Origin: Myxococcota bacterium
GTDB lineage: Bacteria > Myxococcota_A > UBA9160 > PR03
Assembly: GCA_041611735.1 (NCBI GenBank)
Contig: JBFIML010000055.1
Span: 1-21,746 of the forward strand
Length of the DNA stretch: 21,746 bases
Direction: 5' to 3'
Shown here: one piece after another, positions 7,351 through 14,945 of the stretch
Layout of the letters: each line of letters starts with the position of its first letter
Numbering within the stretch: the first letter of the stretch is position 1
The notes under the pieces: generated by a model
Told to the model about the DNA's origin: nothing
Databases searched by the model: none
Seen by the model: the letters and a program-made list of their open reading frames with translations, nothing else
Translations under genes and position numbers: made by a program

Positions 7351-8855
7351 CTCGTTCTCCTCCTTTGCAGCCGCCCTCGCCAGGCGGGCGGTACGAACGT
7401 CGCGGCCAGGGTCGTGGCCGCCAAGAGCGCGCACGGCACGTCGCCCGCGCGCTGATAGAGCGTGACCGTGTCCGAGGGCCGGACGGAGCCCACCAGCACC
7501 TCCGCCCGTCCGAAGTCCCCGAGCTGGGTGACGCGGCCCTGCGGGTCCACGATGGCCGACCAGCCACTGGGGGTGGTGCGCAGGAGCGGACGCCGGTTCT
7601 CCACCGCCCGCACGGCCGCCGTGTGCAGCTCCAGGCGCGCCGGGCCGGGCCCGCCGAGCCAGTCGTCGTTGGAGGGGTTCGCCAGCACCCGGGCTCCGTT
7701 GCGCGCGAGCCGCCGCACCAGCGCCGGGTCCATGGCCTCCGAGCACAGGAAGGCGCCCACCGGCGCCGCGCGGGCCGGCAGCGGCTGCGCCCGTTCGCCG
7801 GCGGAGTAGTGCACCTCGCGGGGCAGCCACGCCTGGAGCGGGTTGCTCTCGGCGAAGGGTAGCGGGCGAAGCTTGTCGTAGCGTCCGCCGAAGCGTCCCT
7901 CACGGATCAGGAAGACCGAGTTGTAGTAGCGGGGCGGCGAGGGGCGCGGCCGGTAGTGGGGCCCTCCCAGCAGGAGATCGGTCCGGCTCTCCCGCAGCGC
8001 GGTCAGGAGCCGCTCCCGATGCGGCGACGCCTCGCGCAGGTAGAAGTCCACGGCGTACTCGGGCCACACGACGAGGTCCGGCTGCCGGGCGGCCGCCGCC
8101 CGGGTGAGCGCCAGATAGCGGGCGAGGTTCGCGTCGCGGTGCTCGGCGCGGCCGCGCGCGTCGCCCTCGGCCCCCTGAACGAGCGCCACCCTGAATGACT
8201 CACCGCTCCCGAAGCTCTGGGCGAGGCGTAGCTCCCCGTAGGCGAGCGCGGCCGCCAGCGCGGCGGCCACGGCCCAAGCGGTGCGCCGTCCCGCACCGCG
8301 CAGGCGCGGCTCGAGCCCGCAGGCGACGGCAAAGCCCACGGCGGCCAGCAGCATGCCCGGCAGGTAGACGCCGCCGAGGTCCGCGCTCTGGATCAGGCGT
8401 CCGCCCGGGAGCTGGGAGGTGGCGAGCAGCGCCCACCCGCCGGGCGGTCCGAAGCTCGTGCGCAGGAGCTCACAGGCGCCCCAGCCGGCGGCGGCGTGGA
8501 GCGGCGTCGCCTCGCGGCGTTGGGCGAGGCGTGCGAGCCAGGCGCAGTACGAACCGTAGAGCGGCGCGATGGGCGCGAGCACGCCGGCGAAGGCCACCCA
8601 GCCGAGGACGGTCGGCACGTCGAAGAAGGCGGCGAGGGTTCCCGGCACGAAGCCGGCCACGCCGATGGCGGTCGCCCCGGTCCAGACGACGCCGAGCCCG
8701 AAGGCGCGCGCTGGGCCGACGCGCGCCGTCGCGGCGTAGAGCGGAGCAAGCGCCACCCATGCCAGTGGCCAGGCGGCAACCGGGGGAAAGCTCAGGGCGT
8801 AGAGCGTCGCCGAGAGCAGGACGAGCATCAGGGCCAGGTTGCACGGGCTCCGCAT
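7332..8855 (-). CDS. lnt: Apolipoprotein N-acyltransferase (Lnt) family protein
   Basis: N-terminal TM bundle (LSFPP..AW.LAWVAL), W..LA.SQ, VALVQG, nitrilase triad motifs WPE / YDK / LCSE, YYNSV, SNDDW, RAVENRR and SAIVDP.G. The start could be 8855 or 8828; TAGAAT lies at 8882-8877 on the minus strand. Confidence 0.93.
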   Translation of the reverse strand: MRSPCNLALMLVLLSATLYALSFPPVAAWPLAWVALAPLYAATARVGPARAFGLGVVWTGATAIGVAGFVPGTLAAFFDVPTVLGWVAFAGVLAPIAPLYGSYCAWLARLAQRREATPLHAAAGWGACELLRTSFGPPGGWALLATSQLPGGRLIQSADLGGVYLPGMLLAAVGFAVACGLEPRLRGAGRRTAWAVAAALAAALAYGELRLAQSFGSGESFRVALVQGAEGDARGRAEHRDANLARYLALTRAAAARQPDLVVWPEYAVDFYLREASPHRERLLTALRESRTDLLLGGPHYRPRPSPPRYYNSVFLIREGRFGGRYDKLRPLPFAESNPLQAWLPREVHYSAGERAQPLPARAAPVGAFLCSEAMDPALVRRLARNGARVLANPSNDDWLGGPGPARLELHTAAVRAVENRRPLLRTTPSGWSAIVDPQGRVTQLGDFGRAEVLVGSVRPSDTVTLYQRAGDVPCALLAATTLAATFVPPAWRGRLQRRRTRCVEAS

Positions 8856-8991
8856 CGGCTTCGGCTTCGACGCGCCATTCTACGCGTTCCGGGCCCGCCA
8901 CGGGGAGACCGACGGAGCGCCCCCGACGGGCCGGGGCCCGGAAGCTGGTATCCCTATGCGCGACGGCCCCTTCCGGGCCGCGGGAGCTGCC

Positions 8992-9852
8992 ATGACCTCA
9001 CCTGCCGTCCATCCCCTGGTCGCCGCCGGCCGCCTGGTGGTGATCCCGGGCGTCTGGGACGCCCTCTCGGCCCGGGTCGCCGAGCAGGCCGGCTTCCCGG
9101 CCCTGGTGCTCACCGGCTACGGCGTCTCCGCCAGCCATCTGGGCGAGCCGGACCTGGGCCTGCTCACCCAGAGCGAGCTCCTGGACGTGGCCCGGCGCGT
9201 GGTGGCCGCGACCCGCGCCGCCCTGGTGGTGGACGGCGACACCGGCCACGGCGGGCCGCTCAACGTGCAGCGCCTGGTGCGCGAGCTGGTTGCCCTCGGT
9301 GCGCGCGGCGTGATCCTCGAGGACCAGCGCTGGCCCAAGCGCTGTGGCCACATGGCGGGCAAGGAGGTGATCGAGGCCGAGGAGCACGCCGCGAAGATCC
9401 GCGCCGCCGTGGAGGCGCGCGGCGAGCACCCCTTCGTGATCACCGCCCGCACCGACTCCCTCGCCACCCACGGCCTGGAGGAGGCCCTGCGCCGCGCCCG
9501 GCTCTACAAGCAGGCCGGCGCCGACGTGCTCTTCGTGGAGGGGCCGCGCTCCCGGGCGGAGCTCGAGCGCGTGGGGCGCGAGCTCCCGAAGCCCCTGGCC
9601 GTGAACCTGATCGAGGGCGGAACGACGCCGCTGCTGCCGCTGGAGGAGCTGGCGGAGCTCGGCTTCTTCAGCGTGGGCTTCGTCCTGTCCGGCCTCTACG
9701 CCGCGGTGCACGCCTTGCAGGAGACCTACCGGGAGATCCGCCGCGCCGGCGCCACCGACGCGCTCCGCGCACGCATGCTCGACTTCGAGGCCTTCAACGC
9801 CCTGATCGGCGCGCCGCGACGCCTGGCGGACGACGAGCGCTTCCGCGCCTGA
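8992..9852 (+). CDS. Isocitrate lyase/PEP mutase superfamily enzyme (methylisocitrate lyase / CPEP mutase-like)
   Basis: PGVWDALSAR, GEPDLGL, VDGDTGHG, LEDQ..PKRCGH, ARTD, AGAD.LFVEG; GGGAG before ATG 8992. The substrate cannot be assigned and there are no prpC/prpD neighbours. Confidence 0.9.
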   Translation: MTSPAVHPLVAAGRLVVIPGVWDALSARVAEQAGFPALVLTGYGVSASHLGEPDLGLLTQSELLDVARRVVAATRAALVVDGDTGHGGPLNVQRLVRELVALGARGVILEDQRWPKRCGHMAGKEVIEAEEHAAKIRAAVEARGEHPFVITARTDSLATHGLEEALRRARLYKQAGADVLFVEGPRSRAELERVGRELPKPLAVNLIEGGTTPLLPLEELAELGFFSVGFVLSGLYAAVHALQETYREIRRAGATDALRARMLDFEAFNALIGAPRRLADDERFRA

Positions 9853-9859
9853 GCGCCGG

Positions 9860-11419
9860 TCAGGCTCCCACGAGGGTGAGATGCACGACCGCCTCCCGGC
9901 GGCCGTCGAGGCCGAGCAGCGCGTTCAGGTCGTCGTCCCAGAAGGCGGCCAGGTTGCGGGCGCGCAGCCGCGCCGCGTTTGCCGCCAGGTAGATGCGCTC
10001 GCCCACCGCCCCCGCTTCCACCAGGAGATCCCGGTAGCTGCGCTCGCCCGCCCGCGCCGCGGTTTCGGCGAGGCGTCCCACCCCGAAGCAGGCCAGCGCC
10101 GCGCTCCCGGCCTTGTCCTGTCCCAGGCAGGCGTCCACCAGGGCCTCGCGCAGGTCGCCGCGCCGCACCGCAACGAGCCGGTTCCCCTGGGCCTGGTAGC
10201 GATGCAGGCCCGCCTCGAGACCCTGCACCCGGTGCACGGCCAGCAGGAGCTCCACGCCGGGCGCGCGCGCCAGGGCCTGGTGTCCCGCCGCCATCTCGAG
10301 CACGAAGCCGAGCTCGCCTGCCGAGAGCGCCCGCGGTCCGAAACGCGCCGCGGAGCAGCGCCGCTCGATCGTGGTCTGCACGCTGCGGGTCGGGGGCGGG
10401 TCGAGCGCCGGGAGGGCGACGCCCGTCGCGTCTGCTGCGGGCGCCGGGCCCGACGCACTCTCGCGCACCTCCGCTGCCGCTCCGGACGTGCCGGGTCCGA
10501 GCGCCGTCGCCGCGTGGTAGCGCTCCGGGACCGGCGCGTCCGGGTCGCCGGCGCGTCCCCGCTCCACCCAGCGCCGCCGCGGGAGCTCCGGGTCCGAGGC
10601 GCCGCGCCGCCCCACGGCGTGCACCGCGCACACGGCCTCGGCGCGGCCGTCCACGCCGAGAAGGGCGTTCAGTCGCGCGTCCTCGAAGCGCAGCGACGCC
10701 GTCTCGCCCAGGCCCATCGCCACCGCCGCCAGGCGCAGGTTCTCGCCGATGTGCCCGGTGTCCAGCAGCGCGTAGCGGTAGGCCCGGTCGCCGTAGCGGC
10801 CGGCGTAGCGACCGAAGACGTTGGTGAGCAGGATCGCCGCCGCGGCGCCGCGTACGGCGGCGGGCTGCTCCAGGGCGTTGGTCACCGCGTCCAGCTGGGG
10901 CGCGGCGCGCAGCCGCACCAGGGCGTGCTTTGGCGCGTGGTAGCGATACACGCCCGGCGGGAGCCCGCGCACCCGCTCCGCCACCAGGTAGACCTCCCCC
11001 GCGTAGAGGGCGCCCGCCGAGGGGGCGGCCCGGTGGTCGTGGGCGCGTTTCGCCCGGGCGCTGCGCCCCGTCGGGCCGTTGGTGAGGAAGAGGAGGCGCG
11101 CCAGCTCGGCGAGCGGGAGCGGCGCGCCCGAGAAGCCGGGCGTCGCGGTGTAGCCGCGCACCGCCTCGACGAGACGAAGCCCCGTGTCGCCCGCGGGCTC
11201 GGGCAGCGCCAGCGTCGGCCCCGCCGCGTGCTGCACGCCCTCCGGCGACGCGCCCAGCACGCGGGACAGCCGCTCGCGCGCCGCGCCGAGCCGCGTGTTG
11301 CGCGTGGCCCGGTGCACCGCCACTGCACCGGGGGCCGCCGGGCGGGCCGACGACCCCGTGGAGAGCAGCGCCAGCGCGCCGGCGGCCAGACGCAGGAAGC
11401 CGCGCCGGTCCGTGGGCAT
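9860..11419 (-). CDS. SagB/ThcOx-type nitroreductase-fold flavoprotein, two tandem domains, with a twin-arginine signal
   Basis: MPTDRRGFLRLAAGALALLS (Tat-like). Domain 1: RAAPSAGALY..EVYLV, GVYRY, RYGDRAYRYALLDTGHIGENL. Domain 2: ERSYR..LVEAG..GERIYLAA, FWDDDLN.LLGLDG. Start re-assigned to ATG 11419. Confidence 0.88.
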   Translation of the reverse strand: MPTDRRGFLRLAAGALALLSTGSSARPAAPGAVAVHRATRNTRLGAARERLSRVLGASPEGVQHAAGPTLALPEPAGDTGLRLVEAVRGYTATPGFSGAPLPLAELARLLFLTNGPTGRSARAKRAHDHRAAPSAGALYAGEVYLVAERVRGLPPGVYRYHAPKHALVRLRAAPQLDAVTNALEQPAAVRGAAAAILLTNVFGRYAGRYGDRAYRYALLDTGHIGENLRLAAVAMGLGETASLRFEDARLNALLGVDGRAEAVCAVHAVGRRGASDPELPRRRWVERGRAGDPDAPVPERYHAATALGPGTSGAAAEVRESASGPAPAADATGVALPALDPPPTRSVQTTIERRCSAARFGPRALSAGELGFVLEMAAGHQALARAPGVELLLAVHRVQGLEAGLHRYQAQGNRLVAVRRGDLREALVDACLGQDKAGSAALACFGVGRLAETAARAGERSYRDLLVEAGAVGERIYLAANAARLRARNLAAFWDDDLNALLGLDGRREAVVHLTLVGA

Positions 11420-11425
11420 GGGGCA

Positions 11426-11448
11426 AGGGTAGGGGATGGGCCTATGCT
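11426..11448. promoter_or_regulatory. Back-to-back -10-like hexamers of a compact divergent promoter
   Basis: Minus strand TACCCT (11431-11426) is 6 nt before ATG 11419; plus strand TATGCT (11443-11448) precedes GGGGGA and ATG 11472. Confidence 0.45.
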
Positions 11449-11471
11449 GTCGGGACACGGCTGGGGGATCG

Positions 11472-12254
11472 ATGCTCGGCTGGCTCAAGGGGACCCCGGG
11501 ACTGCTGCTCCGCACCCTGAAGGACGCGGAGTGGAAGCCGCTGCTCGACTTCGTGACACCCGCCTTCTTCGAGGTCATGCCCGCGCGGGCGCTGCTCGGC
11601 CAGGGCCGGGAGCTGGTGGGCAACGCCCGCGACCGCAAGCGCTTCGCCACGGTGAGGCGTCGCATGCAACAGGGCCTCGACGAGCTCGGCGTTCCGGTCC
11701 GGCTCGGGCCGCCCGGAGCGGGCTCCCCGCCGCCCGGTCTCGGCGAGCTCGCCGAGCCCGAGCGGAGGGCTCGCGGCCAGCGCGTGCTCGAGCTCTACTT
11801 CGCGCAGCTGCTGGCCGGGGACGTGGCGATCCTCGACCTGCGTCCGGACCGTTTCGCGGCGCTCGGGGAGGGCGGTCTCGCCTGGCATCCGGGACCGTAC
11901 TACGTGGACTGGGACCCCGGCTTCGTGGACGCCGTGCGCCGGCTCTACCGCGGCTTCTACCGCGACGACGAGGGCAGCTTCCAGGAGGCACTGGCGGATC
12001 TCGAGCTCCAGGCCGCCGGGGACCTCTTCATCCGCCACTTCGGCGAAGGAGACCAGCGCGCTGTGCGCTTCGACCGCCGCACCTTCCAGCGCTCCTTCCA
12101 CGACATCTTCGTCCGCTGCCGCGACACCGGCGCCTCCCTGCACCCGAACTTCCTGGCCCTGGGCGTCTATCTGGCCACCCTGTACGACCACCTGGCCGAG
12201 CTCCAGGTGCCCCTGGACGTGCGCGCGGCCTTCGACCGCGTGGCCGACGGCTGA
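11472..12254 (+). CDS. Hypothetical protein, resembling a degenerate C-lobe of UbiB/ABC1 (AarF) atypical kinases
   Basis: Clear GC3 coding bias and a GGGGGA SD. GQRVLELYFAQLLAGDVAILDLRPDRF...GGLAWHPG parallels G..L...Y..Q....G..HADPHPGNF...G.L..LDFG. The CDS is well supported; the family is tentative. Confidence 0.75.
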   Translation: MLGWLKGTPGLLLRTLKDAEWKPLLDFVTPAFFEVMPARALLGQGRELVGNARDRKRFATVRRRMQQGLDELGVPVRLGPPGAGSPPPGLGELAEPERRARGQRVLELYFAQLLAGDVAILDLRPDRFAALGEGGLAWHPGPYYVDWDPGFVDAVRRLYRGFYRDDEGSFQEALADLELQAAGDLFIRHFGEGDQRAVRFDRRTFQRSFHDIFVRCRDTGASLHPNFLALGVYLATLYDHLAELQVPLDVRAAFDRVADG

Positions 12255-12354
12255 GCGGGACGGCGTCGAAGCCGGCCCTTGCCTGGGCCCGGGCATCCGT
12301 GCAAGATGCGAGGGGACGACGGCCCATCCACGTCGGGTCGTGGAGGACGAGGCC

Positions 12355-12900
12355 ATGCCGACGCCCGACGAATCCCGGCCGCTCGCCCGAGGTGAAGCGG
12401 CCCCGCAGCCCGGGGGCGAGCTCACGGCCGACGCCGCTCCGTGGGTCTTCTACGGTAGCGTCGCCGGCGTGCTGGGTGCGGCCCTCGTCGCCCTCTTCTT
12501 CTTCGTGGTGGACCTGCGCGAGGGGGCGCCCCTCGCCACCCCCGCCGCCCTCGGCTCGGGTCTGTTCCGCGGCCAGCCCCTCGCGGCCGGCGCGCCCGCC
12601 GAGCCCATCCTGGTGCTCGGCTACACCGCCATCCACGGCGGCGTCTTCCTGGCGGTGGGCTTGACGGCGGCCTTCGCCCTGATGGGCTCCACCCGCCGCC
12701 GGGGCGCCGCCACCGCAGCCGGTCTGGCCGTCGCCTTCTTTGCCTTCTTCGAGCTCTTCTTCCTGGGCTTCGCCTTCCTGATGCAGCCCGGCCTGGTGGG
12801 CGACCTGGGCGCCGGACGCGTGGCACTGGCCAACCTGCTGGCCGCCGTGGCCATGGCCCTCTACCTGCTGCGCGCGCCCCTGCAAGCGCCAGCGGACTGA
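12355..12900 (+). CDS. Hypothetical 4-TM membrane protein
   Basis: GGAGG SD before ATG 12355; four hydrophobic helices; G..AG..GA..VA.FF...D...G.P..TPA.LG pattern. Confidence 0.82.
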   Translation: MPTPDESRPLARGEAAPQPGGELTADAAPWVFYGSVAGVLGAALVALFFFVVDLREGAPLATPAALGSGLFRGQPLAAGAPAEPILVLGYTAIHGGVFLAVGLTAAFALMGSTRRRGAATAAGLAVAFFAFFELFFLGFAFLMQPGLVGDLGAGRVALANLLAAVAMALYLLRAPLQAPAD

Positions 12901-14513
12901 CGGGCACTGCCACGGGCCGCACCTCCTGGCGCGATCGGGCGCTCCTCGGGGTCGCCGGCCTGGTGCTGTGCTGGCCCGCCTTCTTCAACGGCTATCCGCT
13001 GCTCTACCCGGATTCCACGGGCTATCTGACCAGCGGGCCTTCCGTCATGCGGGCGTTGCTGCTGGGCGAGTACGGCGGCGGGTACGGGAACCGGTCGCTC
13101 CTCTACGGCCTGACGATCCTGCCGCTGCACGTCGCGGGAACACCCTGGCCGATCGTGGGCTTCCACGCGGTGCTCACGGTCTACGTGCTCCGGTTGACCC
13201 TGCAGCGCGTGGCGAGGGTGGCCGACGTCGCCGTCCTGGCGGTGGCCCTGGTCCTGGCGGTCGCCACGGGTGTCGGCTGGTTCGTGGGCGCCGTCATGCC
13301 GGACATCCTCGCACCGCTCACCATCCTGTGTGTCTTCCTGCTGGGTATCGAGTGGCATGCCCTCGAGACGGGCCAGCGCTGGCTGGTGGCCGGGATCGCA
13401 TTGCTGGCGGTCGCCGCCCACCTCTCCCACCTGCTGTTGGCCTGCGGCTTGACGCTCGGGGTTGCCTCGCTCGCGCTGCTCGCGCGCCGGCGAGTGTGGG
13501 GCGCGGTCGGCCGCCTGGCGATGATCCTGGCTCTGGCCACCGCGGGCCAGATCGCCCTCAATGCTCATCTGCTCGGCCAGCCGTCGCTGACCGGGCAGCG
13601 ACCCCCCTTCCTGCTCGCCCGGGTGATCGCCGACGGGCCGGGCCGATGGTACCTGCAACGCCACTGCGACCGCCTGTCCTGGGCGATCTGCGCGTACGCC
13701 GATCGGCTGCCCGACGACGTCCGCGGCGTCCTCTGGGCACCGGACGGCATCTGGCGTCCGGCCAGCCCCGCCCTGCGGCGCCGTCTGCTCCAGGAGGAGT
13801 GGCCGGTCGTCTGGGGGGCCGTGGGCGCCTACCCTGCTGAGCAGCTCCGGGCCTCGCTGCGCAACGCCTGGGCCCAGCTGGGCAAGTTCGGCGTGTGGCT
13901 CTACGACCCGAATCCCTACATCGGCGCCACCATCGGCACGGCGCTGCCCGGGGCCGAGCGTCGCTACGCGAGCACCCGACAGGCTCGGCGGCAGCTCCAC
14001 GAGGGGCTCTTCACGGGGATCCAGGACGTGACGGTGAAGGGATCGCTGCTGGCGATCGCACTGCTGGCCTTCCTGCTCCGGCGCCGATGGACGCATCCGC
14101 TGGGGGCCCTGGCCGTCCTGGTCCTCTCCGGGGTGGTCGGCAACGCGGTGATCGCCGGGGCGCTTGCCAACGTGGAGGATCGCTATCAGGCGCGCGTGAT
14201 CTGGCTGCTGCCGTTCCTGGCCTGCGCCCTCGTCCTGGCGCTGGGCCCGCCTGCTCCGCGGTCTGCTCCCGGGCCGGACGCCGGGGCGGGAGCAGGAGGC
14301 GTGCGAGAGCGATGGCGTCCTCGAACTGCTCGCACAGGACGAGCATCCCCTCTTCGCTGCGCACCAGCCCGCGCGCTCCAGCAGCCGGGCGGGCTGCGGC
14401 TGCACGCCGCCCGGGATCACCCTCGCGCGGCGGGCCAGCAGGCGCCGCAGCGTGGATTCCAGGTTGACGAGGCCCTTCCATGTGGCGAGCACGCTTTCTC
14501 TCGTTGGTCGTAG
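12897..14513 (+). CDS. Polytopic membrane protein, possibly GT-C fold glycosyltransferase-like; start uncertain, C-terminal tail probably read-through
   Basis: WPAFFNGYPLLYPDSTGYL after TM1, MPDI, H.SH, a large extracytoplasmic loop and RYQARVIWL near the last TM. The first standard start (GTG 12963) falls within TM1; an in-frame CTG at 12897 overlaps the upstream TGA. After ~14250 the translation is low-complexity and antisense to a STAS relic. Confidence 0.78.
   Translation: MTGTATGRTSWRDRALLGVAGLVLCWPAFFNGYPLLYPDSTGYLTSGPSVMRALLLGEYGGGYGNRSLLYGLTILPLHVAGTPWPIVGFHAVLTVYVLRLTLQRVARVADVAVLAVALVLAVATGVGWFVGAVMPDILAPLTILCVFLLGIEWHALETGQRWLVAGIALLAVAAHLSHLLLACGLTLGVASLALLARRRVWGAVGRLAMILALATAGQIALNAHLLGQPSLTGQRPPFLLARVIADGPGRWYLQRHCDRLSWAICAYADRLPDDVRGVLWAPDGIWRPASPALRRRLLQEEWPVVWGAVGAYPAEQLRASLRNAWAQLGKFGVWLYDPNPYIGATIGTALPGAERRYASTRQARRQLHEGLFTGIQDVTVKGSLLAIALLAFLLRRRWTHPLGALAVLVLSGVVGNAVIAGALANVEDRYQARVIWLLPFLACALVLALGPPAPRSAPGPDAGAGAGGVRERWRPRTARTGRASPLRCAPARALQQPGGLRLHAARDHPRAAGQQAPQRGFQVDEALPCGEHAFSRWS
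14287..14474 (-). pseudogene. Relic of the C-terminal STAS domain of a SulP/DauA-type anion transporter
   Basis: Minus strand reads GLVNLESTLRRLLARRARVIPGGVQPQPARLLERAG, then after a 1-nt frameshift at ~14368 LVRSEEGMLVLCEQFEDAIALARLLLP. This matches the end of SulP STAS domains (DATGL..LE.......V.L.GV..QP...L.RAG). Confidence 0.7.
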
Positions 14514-14803
14514 CCGGCGCCCTGGCCTGCACCCGGGGCGACGCCGTCGTCGAGAGGATGTCCCCCGCCCAGCGCGACTTCTTCGAGACCCGGGTGCTGG
14601 CGCTCCAGAAGGGCATGACCTCCGACGCCGTGGTGGCCGTCCTGGGCGAGCCCACGCGCGGCGCCGGCAGCCCGCGGCCCTGCTGGTACGCCCCGGAACA
14701 GGGCGCCTGGGGTCAGGTCTGCGCCTACTTCAGCGGGGGCCGTCTGTTCCAGGTGCGCTGGCTCAGCCTCTGGCCGCCCTGGGCCTGGGAGCGGCGCTTC
14801 TAG
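14480..14803 (+). CDS. Small lipoprotein with a SmpA/OmlA (BamE)-like motif
   Basis: Lipobox-like GALAC after a basic and hydrophobic signal; LQKGMTSDAVVAVLGEP motif; GAGG upstream. Confidence 0.75.
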   Translation: MWRARFLSLVVAGALACTRGDAVVERMSPAQRDFFETRVLALQKGMTSDAVVAVLGEPTRGAGSPRPCWYAPEQGAWGQVCAYFSGGRLFQVRWLSLWPPWAWERRF

Positions 14804-14873
14804 CTTGCAGGGGGCGCGGGCTCGCCCGCTCCGCAGAATGCCCGCGAATCACCCCCGAGGGGCAATCCGGGTC

Positions 14874-14903
14874 TTGATCGCCCCATTTACATGCATCTAC
14901 AAT
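14874..14903 (+). promoter_or_regulatory. Sigma70-type promoter TTGATC-N18-TACAAT
   Basis: Near-consensus -35 (14874-14879) and -10 (14898-14903) in an AT-rich patch upstream of GGGAGG and GTG 14946. Confidence 0.65.
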
Positions 14904-14945
14904 GCCGCGGGGTGGAAGGGGGGCCGCCCAAGGGAGGCCCCTGCC

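Noticed and set aside
8992-9852. Assigning prpB to the ICL/PEP-mutase gene
   Set aside because: KRCGH-type motifs are shared by several superfamily members and no methylcitrate-cycle genes are adjacent.
9860-11419. Azole-containing RiPP biosynthetic cluster around the SagB-like gene
   Set aside because: No YcaO/cyclodehydratase, transporter or Cys/Ser/Thr-rich precursor peptide in the window.
65-12664. Very long alternative-frame ORFs (e.g. 65-2749 +, 4691-7903 -, 5416-7455 +, 9881-12664 +)
   Set aside because: Arg/Pro/Gly/Ala-rich shadow frames of real genes, expected from stop-codon scarcity in high-GC DNA; no recognisable motifs.
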